In this document: in pieces, positions 50,894 through 59,934 of the stretch
Numbering within the stretch: the first letter of the stretch is position 1
Layout: each line of letters opens with the position of its first letter
Source: an uncultured Balneola sp.
GTDB lineage: Bacteria > Bacteroidota > Rhodothermia > Balneolales > Balneolaceae
Assembly (NCBI GenBank): GCA_902529365.1
Contig: CABZWK010000008.1
Span: 4,654-68,653 of the forward strand
Direction of reading: 5' to 3'
Length of the DNA: 64,000 bases
Notes under the pieces: generated by a model
The model's database searches: none
Told to the model about the DNA's origin: nothing
The model's input: the letters and a program-made list of their open reading frames with translations, nothing else
Made by a program: the position numbers and the translations under genes

Positions 50894-52195
50894 TTAATTT
50901 TTAGCAGGTTCTTGAAGTTTAGCAGGTTCTTGAACCCGCAACATGAGCAAAAAACCGAGGGCAAGCAACACTAAGACAACCGACATTCCTATTCGTTGGC
51001 TTGCAAATAGTACCGTTACCCAACCCAATAATTTGGGACCAATAAATGCTGTGGCTTTCCCAGAGAAAGCAAACAAACCAAACATTTCGGTTCGTTTATC
51101 TTCTGGTGCCAAACGTCCCATTAAAGTTCTAGAGGCTGCCTGTACTGGGCCAAAAAATACGCCTAACATGAGTCCCCAAATCCAAAACCAAAATATATTC
51201 TCAACAAATAGAATTGCCGTAACTGGGATAATTAAGCCTATTAGTGAGAATAGTATCGTTTTTTTACTCCCCGACCGGTCGTCCATCCAAGAAAATCCAA
51301 TCGCACCAAGGGCAGCGGTAACATTGAGTCCAATCCCAAAAATAATAATCTGGGACTCATCCATTCCAAAGGTTCCTGCAGCATAAATACCACCAAAGGC
51401 ATAGATTAGTATGATGGCGTCATTATAAATCATCCTGGCGAGAAGAAAATGGTATATATTGGCGTAATTTCGGGCTTCTTTAATGGAGTTTTTAAGTTGT
51501 AGGAAGCCCTCGCTAATGGCCTGACGAATACGGATATTATTTTTTGGGACGTCCGGGGTATGAAGAAACATGGGAATGGAAAAAACCAAATACCACAACG
51601 CCGTAAATATGAAGGTAGCACGTATGTGTTCTAGAGTCTCTGTATCTAATCCAAGCCAAGCGCCTCCATTCTCGATGAAGAGATACAAAGCTCCTAAAAG
51701 GCACACTATTCCACCCGCAAATCCCATAGCCCAAGACCATCCAGACCACCTCCCCATGTAGGATGGGGGGACCAAATCGGGAAGCATAGCATTATAGAAA
51801 ATGAAGGCATATTCCGCACCTACTGTAGCGACAAAGGTGATTACTAAAGCATAGGCCAAAAATTCGGTACTGGGCTCGGCAAACCAGAGTAAGAAACTGG
51901 CTACAATCGACATCAGTGAAAAAGCTGCTATCCAAGGTTTTCTACTTCCAGACCGATCGGCAATAGCACCCAAAACTGGGGCGGTGAAGGCAATTAATAA
52001 TCCTGCAGCCGAGACCATATTACCCCATTGCTCAGTACCACTGATGGCGTCAGTAGCTATGGAACGTTGAAAATAGGCGGCAAAAACGAAAGTCTGAATA
52101 ATGACAAAAAAAGCACTGTTTGCCCAATCAAACATGGCCCAAGACCACATTCCTTTTGACACCTGTGTAGGAGTCGAGTGTTTGGTAGAATTCAT
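50894..52195 (-). CDS. MFS transporter (UMF1/Atg22-like family)
   Basis: 433 aa with about 12 TM segments. MWSWAMFDWANSAF at the N-terminus is typical of the UMF1 family. Confidence 0.7.
   Translation of the reverse strand: MNSTKHSTPTQVSKGMWSWAMFDWANSAFFVIIQTFVFAAYFQRSIATDAISGTEQWGNMVSAAGLLIAFTAPVLGAIADRSGSRKPWIAAFSLMSIVASFLLWFAEPSTEFLAYALVITFVATVGAEYAFIFYNAMLPDLVPPSYMGRWSGWSWAMGFAGGIVCLLGALYLFIENGGAWLGLDTETLEHIRATFIFTALWYLVFSIPMFLHTPDVPKNNIRIRQAISEGFLQLKNSIKEARNYANIYHFLLARMIYNDAIILIYAFGGIYAAGTFGMDESQIIIFGIGLNVTAALGAIGFSWMDDRSGSKKTILFSLIGLIIPVTAILFVENIFWFWIWGLMLGVFFGPVQAASRTLMGRLAPEDKRTEMFGLFAFSGKATAFIGPKLLGWVTVLFASQRIGMSVVLVLLALGFLLMLRVQEPAKLQEPAKN
50900..50935 (-). repeat. 18-bp tandem duplication at the 3' end of the MFS gene (encodes QEPAKL/QEPAK)
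   Basis: TTTAGCAGGTTCTTGAAG at 50900..50917 is followed by TTTAGCAGGTTCTTGAAC at 50918..50935 (17 of 18 identical). Confidence 0.9.
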
Positions 52196-52247
52196 ACGGT
52201 ATTCGTTGGTTTGGCTTAATGTAAGGATTGCAAACCTTAATTCGAAT

Positions 52248-53918
52248 CTAACGCATTAATTTCTTGTAATGTATCCGAGTTGGTTGATCTTCGGTAATGC
52301 CCAAACGCTGTCTCCGGTTCTCTTCATATTCAGCATAATTCCCCTCGAACCAGTATGCTTCACTATTACCTTCAAAGGCTAATATGTGAGTGGCAACACG
52401 ATCCAAGAACCACCTATCGTGAGAAATAACCACCGCACAGCCAGCAAACTCAAGTAGCGCTTCCTCTAAAGCCCGAAGAGTATTCACATCCAAATCATTG
52501 GTTGGCTCATCTAAAAGAAGTACGTTAGCCCCTTCTTTAAGCATTTTAGCCAAATGCACTCGGTTTCGTTCACCACCTGAGAGTTGAGAGGTCTTTTTTT
52601 GTTGATCACTTCCACTAAAATTAAATCGAGCGACGTAAGCTCTCGAGTTAACCTCTCTGCTGCCTAGCATGAGTAAATCCTGCCCTCCTGAAATTTCCTC
52701 CCAAATAGTTTTATTAGGATCCAATGGACGCTTTTGATCTACATATCCGAGTTGAACCGTTTCCCCCAAAATTAGACTACCTGCGTTGGGTATTTCTTGT
52801 CCGGTGATCATTTTAAACAAGGTCGTCTTACCTGCCCCATTCGGACCAATAATCCCCACAATTCCACCAGGAGGTAGAGAAAAGTTCATATCCTCCACCA
52901 ATAATCGTTCATCATACGCCTTTTGAACGTGCTCGGCGACAATCACTTTATCACCTAAACGTGGTCCAGCCGGTATAAATATCTCCAAATCCTCTCGACG
53001 CTTTTCTTGCTGCTGGTCCAAGAGCTTATCATAGGCGTTAATCCTAGCTTTACTTTTCGCTCGACGCCCCTTAGGGTTTTGGCGAATCCATTCCAATTCT
53101 TGTTGAAGTGTTTTTTGACGCTTGGACTCTTCTTTTTCTTCTTGCTGAAGTCGTTTGGCTTTTTGCTCCAACCATGAACTATAATTCCCCTCAAATGGGA
53201 TACCTTCCCCGCGATCAAGTTCGAGTATCCAACCCGCTACGTTATCCAAAAAATACCGGTCATGCGTTACGGCTATGACAGTACCTTCATATCGAGCTAA
53301 ATGCTGCTCTAACCAACTCACCGATTCGGCATCTAAGTGGTTAGTCGGCTCATCCAATAGCAACACATCTGGCTTTTTTAACAATAAACGAGTCAGAGCT
53401 ACCCGTCGGGCTTCCCCTCCCGACAAAACACTCACCGAGGTATTTCCATCAGGGCAACGCAGTGCATCCATGGCCTGATTCAATTTTGAATCCAAATCCC
53501 ATGCATCGATACGATCAATTTGATCTTGCAAATTGGCTTGCTTTGCAATTAGAGCGTCAAAATCAGCATCTGGATCAGCAAATTGTGCATTTACTGCCTC
53601 ATATTCTGCCAGTAGATCGACCGTTTCCTGAACCCCTTCCTGAATAATTTCTTTCACTGTTTTACTTAGATCTAACTCCGGTTCCTGAGGTAAATAACCA
53701 AAAGTTATCCCCTTTTGGACACTTATATCTCCTATATAATCCTGATCTTCCCCCGCTATGATTCGAAGTAAGGTCGATTTACCTGCACCGTTTAAACCCA
53801 AAACACCAATTTTAGCACCATAAAAAAACGACAAATAAATATTTTTTAGTACGGTTTTGTTGGGTTTGTGGACTTTACTAACGCCCACCATAGAAAAAAT
53901 TATTTTTTGATCGCTCAC
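52248..53918 (-). CDS. ettA: ABC-F ATPase, energy-dependent translational throttle protein EttA
   Basis: 556 aa with two ABC cassettes. Walker A motifs are GLNGAGKST and GPNGAGKTT. Signature motifs are LSGGEARRV and LSGGERNRV. Length and linker are typical of EttA. Confidence 0.9.
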   Translation of the reverse strand: MSDQKIIFSMVGVSKVHKPNKTVLKNIYLSFFYGAKIGVLGLNGAGKSTLLRIIAGEDQDYIGDISVQKGITFGYLPQEPELDLSKTVKEIIQEGVQETVDLLAEYEAVNAQFADPDADFDALIAKQANLQDQIDRIDAWDLDSKLNQAMDALRCPDGNTSVSVLSGGEARRVALTRLLLKKPDVLLLDEPTNHLDAESVSWLEQHLARYEGTVIAVTHDRYFLDNVAGWILELDRGEGIPFEGNYSSWLEQKAKRLQQEEKEESKRQKTLQQELEWIRQNPKGRRAKSKARINAYDKLLDQQQEKRREDLEIFIPAGPRLGDKVIVAEHVQKAYDERLLVEDMNFSLPPGGIVGIIGPNGAGKTTLFKMITGQEIPNAGSLILGETVQLGYVDQKRPLDPNKTIWEEISGGQDLLMLGSREVNSRAYVARFNFSGSDQQKKTSQLSGGERNRVHLAKMLKEGANVLLLDEPTNDLDVNTLRALEEALLEFAGCAVVISHDRWFLDRVATHILAFEGNSEAYWFEGNYAEYEENRRQRLGITEDQPTRIHYKKLMR

Positions 53919-53972
53919 TAGGGTATTTCTTTTGTTAAATTTAATTACAACAATGTAATATGAATTTTTAAA

Positions 53973-55106
53973 ATGAGCACTAAAGGTATATCAAAATTCA
54001 TCAAATTGATTTTTCTACTGGTTTTTTGGGCAAGCATGAACAGTAATAATTTGAAGGCTCAAATCATAGTTGATAATACTGAATTCAATTTTATGTCACA
54101 TCAAGAATTATGGCGTCATTTAATTTGGTTACAATACTACGAAACATCAGTTTCAACAATCTTTGATTTATCAGAAAATAATAAGTTAAAGATTTATGGA
54201 TCTACATTTTGGGTAAATGGGCAAAGTATTGCAAACAATATTCAAGGAATATCAAATATTGAGGCTGATAGAGGATTTGAAATATTAGAAAGTTGGATAC
54301 AATTTGAATCTAATTCTTCATTCTCTTTAAAATTTGGGATAGTAGATCTCAATTCACAATTTGATCATATAGAATCTGCAGATTTTTTTATAAATCCATC
54401 CCAAGGAATTGGCCCAGATGTGTCAAACACTGGGCTTTATGGGCCTTCTATTTTCCCTTATACAAGTCTAGGCATTGAAGTTAATGTTACAAAGAATAAT
54501 TGGGAAATATCATCAGGCTTGTTTGACTCAAATAGCAGAATAACTAGAAAATTGCATCCCGAACCAAACTATAAATTGAGTTTGGATGAAGGGGTTTTGT
54601 TTATCAGTGAATACTCCACCAAGCAGAGAAATATTGGAGTAACGCTCGGGAGTTGGCTATCCACACACGGAAATAATGATAAATATCCAATTGGAGAACC
54701 ACCTATAGCTTTTGGAATAGGCTTAAATAAAATTAGTTCCGGTATCTATTCACATCTGTATTCGAAACATAAAAATATTGATTGGTATCTAAGAGTAGGA
54801 TCTTCAAACTCAAATACTGAATTAATTTCAAAGTATATTGGCGGAGGCATAATTTATAAATTAAAAGATACCTCTAGTTTTGGAGCATCTATTGGAAGTG
54901 CCGGTTTCTCTAAATTATATAAATCAATCTTTGATTATAGAGTTCAAAATATTAAACACCCATATGAACATGTAATCGAATTATCTTTTAAAACAATAGA
55001 AAGTAAATATTCAACTCAACCAAACTTACAATATACCATTAATTCAAAAGGGTATAAGAATAGAAATACACTTTTCTATGGAATTAGAGTTACAATAGAA
55101 ATTTAG
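53973..55106 (+). CDS. outer-membrane beta-barrel porin, OprB-like (carbohydrate-selective porin family)
   Basis: 377 aa with a signal peptide, alternating beta-strand pattern and a terminal aromatic-rich strand. TQPNLQYTINSKG resembles the conserved PdlQY motif of OprB porins. The gene is very AT-rich. Confidence 0.5.
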   Translation: MSTKGISKFIKLIFLLVFWASMNSNNLKAQIIVDNTEFNFMSHQELWRHLIWLQYYETSVSTIFDLSENNKLKIYGSTFWVNGQSIANNIQGISNIEADRGFEILESWIQFESNSSFSLKFGIVDLNSQFDHIESADFFINPSQGIGPDVSNTGLYGPSIFPYTSLGIEVNVTKNNWEISSGLFDSNSRITRKLHPEPNYKLSLDEGVLFISEYSTKQRNIGVTLGSWLSTHGNNDKYPIGEPPIAFGIGLNKISSGIYSHLYSKHKNIDWYLRVGSSNSNTELISKYIGGGIIYKLKDTSSFGASIGSAGFSKLYKSIFDYRVQNIKHPYEHVIELSFKTIESKYSTQPNLQYTINSKGYKNRNTLFYGIRVTIEI

Positions 55107-57832
55107 AATTGCAACTTAACCCCTAAGCTGGGGATAAATGGATACATAAATATTGGCTCTCTCTTTAGTTCAACCCAAGAACTTCTTCTTAAAAAATCTG
55201 GTACACCCTCTGGATTAGGATCTACTGGGTAGATTACATATTTATAACTTTGCACATTTTGAAAGTTTAATGCATTAATAATATCTAAATAAATATCATA
55301 CTTTATTCTACCATTTGTACCACTATATTGCGCTCTTAAATCAATTCTATTGTAGGCTGGATAACGTTTTTGATTAACATTTTCAAGCTCTCCGAAATCA
55401 GGATTTAGTTGGATATTACCCGTTTCTGGATCCGAAATAAAGAATGAATCACCCTGCCATGTAAAATTCATCGGATCTAATCCTATAGGCTCTGTATACG
55501 GAAGACCAGTCCCAAATCTCCATGTCAAATTAAAACTCCAGGCATCAGAAGATTGAAAGTTTGAAATGAAATTCATTGTATGTCTCCTATCATAATCGAA
55601 AGGATAGCTAAACATATTACCATCAATTTCTTCTTTTCGCTCAGATCTTGCCCAGATATAAGAAAACCAACCTGATAATTTATTATTATATGTAGGATAT
55701 TTTTGTATTAGTAATTCAATTCCTTCTGATCTACCAGTACCATTATTAACAGGGGTATCTGTTAATCGCCACTCACGTTGTAATTCGAAGTAATAATTTT
55801 GAGGATTTAACATCGTATTGCCTTTATTAGTGACAGGATTAAAGACATCCTCAATAACTAGTAAATTTTGATAGCTACGTGTTATCAAATTTTGATATTC
55901 TTTAACATATCCCTCTACTTCAATTTGCCAGCTTTTTCCAATATTTTTTGTTATACCCAATACAACTTGTTGCGATTGTTCAGATTGTAAGGTATTGACA
56001 TTATTAAACTTTGATACATTAAAAATATTGTCTGGCTCTATCAATTTTTCAAATCCAGGGCTTTGAATATATGTTCCACCTCCAAATCTTATAGTCCAAC
56101 CTCTAGCCGGTAATAATGATACTCCAAAGCGTGGTAACAAATATGCTTCATTATTTATCCCATACTGGACATATCGCATCCCTGGCTGAATAAATAAGCG
56201 GTCTTTGAAGAGTTCTAAACGATAATTTGCATAAGCATAGTATCGATCTGTTTTTGCTCTAGAATTTAGTGTATCACCAAAGGCTTCAAGCATACTAGAA
56301 GCATACTCAAAAGTAGTGAACATAGCTTCACCCAAACTATTCAAGCCTAAATTAACATCCAGGTTATTAACCAACTGATCATACCCACTTCCTATCTCTA
56401 ATTCATGTCGGGGTAGGGTAAAAAATAAGCGGGTCCCAGCCGTATATTTTTCAAATGAATATTGCTGATCATAATCAATCACTATGCTATCAGTATCACT
56501 GACCGGTGATTCCCATAAAAAACCAGTTCCCGGCACAACACCTGGCCTAAAATCCCCTGCAATTCCATTATCACCCGTGTTTTTGTAATAATTAGAGTAC
56601 AAATGAGTCTGAAAAAAAGGTGCAGGGCTATAGGTCCATCGCAGTCCAAAAACACGATTGGTAGACGATTGGTCCCCCGAAAAATTCTCCCGATCTGACT
56701 CTAACTCTCCAAACTGATCTTCACGCGCAATCCAATCAATCACATCATCACTTAATAGACCTGTAATAGAGACTGTATGTCCAGTCCCTGGCCGTAGTTC
56801 AAGTTTTGCGGTTAGATCAGCAAAATCAGGGAATGCAATATCATTTTGAGTAACCACTCGCTGTGCAAAGGTGTTGGCAAATGAATCAAAATACGTCTTT
56901 CGGCCACTCATAATCCATGAAGATTCCCATAAAGGGAGTGCTCCCTTCATTGTCAATGACGCTACGGTTGCATCCACTTCGACTTGAGTTTCCAACGCTT
57001 TGGTAGGATTTCCCGTGGTTGTATTAATAACTAACACCGAAGACAAGCGATCCCCAAAACTCGCTGGAAAAGCGCCCGCATAAAAGTCTATATCTCTAAT
57101 AACATTTGGATTAAACAAGCTACCAACCCCATTGGCCTGATATGGACTGTAAATTTCAATATCGTCAAGTATAAACAAATTTTGATTAGCCTCACCACCT
57201 CGCACGATCAATTGAGAAGAATAATCACTGGTTGATGTAACACTGGGCACCACTTTAAGCAAATTAAACACATTTCCCTGTCCCCCAGCTAAACTTTGAA
57301 CTTGCGTTGAACTAATTCTTTGTATAGAAGTCAGGGTAGATGTAGAATCTTGAAAACTACTGGCTTGCACTTGAATCTCCCCAAACTCGACCACATCAGG
57401 ATCCAGAAAAAGTCGCAGGCGGTTGGGTAATTCTTCCGGAATCCTTATGGGCATTCTCAGCTCTTTAAAACCAACATATCGCACAACCAATAAATAGGCG
57501 CCGGTAGGTATTCCCTCTAGTAAAAAACGCCCATTCGCATCAGTAGATGTAGCTTGAATACGCAAGTCCTGTGACAAGGGCGATGAGCTGAGATTGGTTG
57601 ATTTCAGATTCTGATTCTCTCGAGCCAGTTCAAACATAGACTCCAATACCTCAAAAACTTCTAAGGTAACACCTATAAGAGCTCCATTATCTTCTTTGGA
57701 TTGGACCGTTCCTTCCAATTCGAAATAAGCTATTGATTGGGCAACGAGCTGTTGGTTGCCTGTAAGAAGGGGCAATAAAAAACAAAATACCGCAGCTAAA
57801 GTAAATGAGGTAATGCTAATTCGTAAAATCAT
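55103..57832 (-). CDS. TonB-dependent receptor with an N-terminal CarboxypepD_reg-like domain
   Basis: 909 aa with a signal peptide and a CarboxypepD_reg-like domain (GRFLLEGIPTGAYLLVVRYVGF). The plug carries IVRGGEANQNLFILDDIEIY. A long barrel ends in ...GVKLQF with a terminal Phe. Confidence 0.85.
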   Translation of the reverse strand: MILRISITSFTLAAVFCFLLPLLTGNQQLVAQSIAYFELEGTVQSKEDNGALIGVTLEVFEVLESMFELARENQNLKSTNLSSSPLSQDLRIQATSTDANGRFLLEGIPTGAYLLVVRYVGFKELRMPIRIPEELPNRLRLFLDPDVVEFGEIQVQASSFQDSTSTLTSIQRISSTQVQSLAGGQGNVFNLLKVVPSVTSTSDYSSQLIVRGGEANQNLFILDDIEIYSPYQANGVGSLFNPNVIRDIDFYAGAFPASFGDRLSSVLVINTTTGNPTKALETQVEVDATVASLTMKGALPLWESSWIMSGRKTYFDSFANTFAQRVVTQNDIAFPDFADLTAKLELRPGTGHTVSITGLLSDDVIDWIAREDQFGELESDRENFSGDQSSTNRVFGLRWTYSPAPFFQTHLYSNYYKNTGDNGIAGDFRPGVVPGTGFLWESPVSDTDSIVIDYDQQYSFEKYTAGTRLFFTLPRHELEIGSGYDQLVNNLDVNLGLNSLGEAMFTTFEYASSMLEAFGDTLNSRAKTDRYYAYANYRLELFKDRLFIQPGMRYVQYGINNEAYLLPRFGVSLLPARGWTIRFGGGTYIQSPGFEKLIEPDNIFNVSKFNNVNTLQSEQSQQVVLGITKNIGKSWQIEVEGYVKEYQNLITRSYQNLLVIEDVFNPVTNKGNTMLNPQNYYFELQREWRLTDTPVNNGTGRSEGIELLIQKYPTYNNKLSGWFSYIWARSERKEEIDGNMFSYPFDYDRRHTMNFISNFQSSDAWSFNLTWRFGTGLPYTEPIGLDPMNFTWQGDSFFISDPETGNIQLNPDFGELENVNQKRYPAYNRIDLRAQYSGTNGRIKYDIYLDIINALNFQNVQSYKYVIYPVDPNPEGVPDFLRRSSWVELKREPIFMYPFIPSLGVKLQF

Positions 57833-57911
57833 ATAGATAGGTAAGTAAACAAATGTAATCGATAAGTAAAGTAGGGAATGGATACTACTTATCCACTAGT
57901 TTTATACTATT

Positions 57912-58163
57912 TTACCCTTTTTGAGTCTGTGATTTGAAACGTATCGCTTCTGATCTAGTGTTATGTTTGGTTTTACGACCCGACACGCGCTCTCGCCACA
58001 TAGTAAAGGAGGTTCTCTTCATCTCTGATCGCATTATTTTCCGAACTTGAGCCTCTTTAATTCCAAATTGATATTCAATGGCTTCAAAAGGAGTACGATC
58101 CTCCCATGCCATTTCTACAATACGATCTACTTGAGCCTGTGTAAACTCATTCTGTGGTTTCAT
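57912..58163 (-). CDS. TIGR03643/DUF2805 family small protein
   Basis: 83 aa. IVEMAWEDRTPFEAIEYQFGIKEAQVRKIMRSEMKRTSFTMWRERV matches my recollection of this family. Confidence 0.7.
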   Translation of the reverse strand: MKPQNEFTQAQVDRIVEMAWEDRTPFEAIEYQFGIKEAQVRKIMRSEMKRTSFTMWRERVSGRKTKHNTRSEAIRFKSQTQKG

Positions 58164-58391
58164 TTTAATGTATTTTTGAATGTTAAATACTTTTGTATGT
58201 ACTAAGGAAAGTCTACGCTTTGGTGTTAATATTAATCGGTATTTGGCATCGATTGTACTTAATTACTTAAGAATCATACTTACTTCTGACAAAAAAACTT
58301 ATGATAGTATATAGACATTATTTAGTAATTATATTCAACGCCAAACGATTCTTTAACCTACCTGTAAGTTTTACACCACCTGCATTATACC

Positions 58392-58430
58392 AAAAAAAGC
58401 CCCAATAAATGATTTATGAAGGCTTTTTAA
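58392..58430 (-). terminator. rho-independent terminator downstream of the tRNA (bidirectional shape)
   Basis: A7-AAGCC..ATAAAT-G-ATTTAT..GGCTT-T5. The stem is 58397..58425, flanked by A and T runs. It lies 57 nt beyond the tRNA 3' end on the minus strand. Confidence 0.6.
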
Positions 58431-58481
58431 GTAAATATTGATAGACTATACAATGTTAATCTGGATATGTTTCCAAAAATG

Positions 58482-58555
58482 TGGGCCCAGAGGGACTTGA
58501 ACCCCCGACCAATCGATTATGAGTCGACTGCTCTAACCAACTGAGCTATGGGCCC
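58482..58555 (-). tRNA. tRNA with a CAT anticodon, most like tRNA-Ile2 (lysidine type); elongator Met not excluded
   Basis: The reverse complement reads GGGCCCATAGCTCAGTTGGTTAGAGCAGTCGACTCATAATCGATTGGTCGGGGGTTCAAGTCCCTCTGGGCCCA. It folds as a cloverleaf with a 7-bp acceptor stem, anticodon loop CTCATAA and T-loop GGTTCAAGTCC. It closely resembles E. coli ileX as I recall it. No CCA is encoded. Confidence 0.9.
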
Positions 58556-58754
58556 AAACTAATCAGACAAGAAAAATACAAAGCTCAAGCACTAGAAAAA
58601 AATATTTGTTACGAGATTTTCTAGTTACAAAAATCTAGCGCAGGGACTAACCCTACTCAAACAACACAAATCCGAGACAATATCGTCCCGAAGTGACACC
58701 ATCCCGAGTCATAAAACTTTGAGTATAGACGCAAAAAACTGCCTAAAACCGCTC

Positions 58755-59804
58755 CTAGGACAGCATATTTTTTTCAACCGGTCTATCGAGCACATGAACT
58801 CGCCCGTCAGCGTCCTTAAAACCAATATCTCCTGTGGCGTATTTCTGGGCTACATGAGCAGTCTCCGATTGTAACCATAAAGGCTGAGGATTTTCTGAGG
58901 TACCCTCACATTCAATATGAGCACCTTCTATCACAAACCCCTGACAAAGCTCCTCTCCTGGGGCTAATAAGACAGTACTTTTTCTCTTATGAACCGATAT
59001 AAGTCCCCCAGCTTCGGTCTGGCCATATCCCTGATAGGTTTGGCTACAGTGAGTTGCAAGGGTATGATACTCGTGTGCGGAAATAGCCTGCCCACCATAC
59101 ACGACATTGGGTACAAACCAGGACTCTGCGTATAGCTGTCGCAACACCGAGGGAACCGTGAATAAATAATCGGGCCGAAACTCTTGAAGGGTTTGGAGCC
59201 ACAACGCCTGCTGCCCTTTTCGAGTAGTTACAAACAAATATTCAGCCTTTAATTCCTCGGCCATGAACGCTCACGTTAAGCCCGCAACATGCCAAGGTAA
59301 AGCCATGAAAACGAGAAAATGCTCTGACTGAACCTCAAATGCTTTAGCCGAATGCATCGCATTCAATTTGAGATGTTCCAGTCGATTCCAAATACATTTA
59401 GCTTGGCCCGTACTGCCAGATGAAAAAATCCCTACGTAGGATTTATCTAAAGGCTTTGTATTCGGGGACACAGTGGAATTCCCAGAATCACCTCCAGACC
59501 ATAATTCAACTAAATTCGCCCACCTTTCATCACAGATTAACGCACTAAGCCAAATTTCCTCAAGCATACTCCATTGGGTCGATACTGAAAAACCATAAAA
59601 ACCCATTACATCCGAAGGGTTTTGAGTCATTGGGAAGTTTGGAGCGTAAAAAAAGCCAGCCTCTGACTCAAATGCCCTTAAAATTGCCCTATGCAACAAA
59701 GTCGCAGGAAGAAGGACTACAGGCTCTTGAGCTAGCAAAACCTGTCGTATTATATCCTTAGCCGGCTGCCTTAAATCGATGATATGTGGCTTTAGTTTAT
59801 TCAT
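58755..59804 (-). pseudogene. short AMP-binding (adenylate-forming) enzyme, MenE/O-succinylbenzoate-CoA-ligase-like, interrupted by one in-frame TGA
   Basis: ORFs 59271..59804 and 58755..59264 are in the same frame. The junction reads LPWHVAGLT-TGA-AFMAEELK, with the TGA at 59273..59271. The N-terminal half has SSGSTGQAK (A3 motif) and PWHVAG (A4). The C-terminal half has GYGQTEAGG (A5) and TGDIG (A7). Confidence 0.7.
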
Positions 59805-59934
59805 GGGATTCTAATAAAAATAGGCAAAAGGGCTACACAAAGAAATTACCTTAAATTATGATGCTGTTATGATTTCGCTGTATCTTTACACGAAGTTTAA
59901 CTCAACCGCTTATTACCGACCCGAATTTTTACAT

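Noticed and set aside
50943-51386. 147-aa ORF antisense to the MFS transporter, and similar antisense or nested ORFs (for example 253..516, 24153..24443, 33214..33516, 45490..45886, 47325..47615, 61178..61405, 62008..62208)
   Set aside because: Each lies wholly inside a longer ORF that has clear family motifs, on the opposite strand or in another frame. Their compositions are low-complexity or biased, and none has recognisable motifs.
57889-57896. DnaA-box-like TTATCCAC
   Set aside because: It is a single occurrence in a 79-nt promoter spacer. There is no cluster of boxes, no AT-rich unwinding element context and no dnaA or dnaN nearby.
57833-57911. Cobalamin or other riboswitch ahead of the TonB-dependent receptor
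   Set aside because: The leader is only 79 nt, which is too short for a cobalamin riboswitch, and no conserved core was visible.
53919-58555. tRNA-targeted genomic island
   Set aside because: The AT-rich block lies near the tRNA. However, I found no integrase or recombinase gene and no direct repeat of the tRNA 3' end. A normal-GC gene (DUF2805) also separates the block from the tRNA.
59271-59273. Selenocysteine or alternative genetic code at the in-frame TGA of the MenE-like gene
   Set aside because: I could not draw a convincing SECIS-like hairpin immediately downstream. The position is not a catalytic residue in adenylating enzymes. TGA is used as a genuine stop by other genes here, for example 35203..35205.
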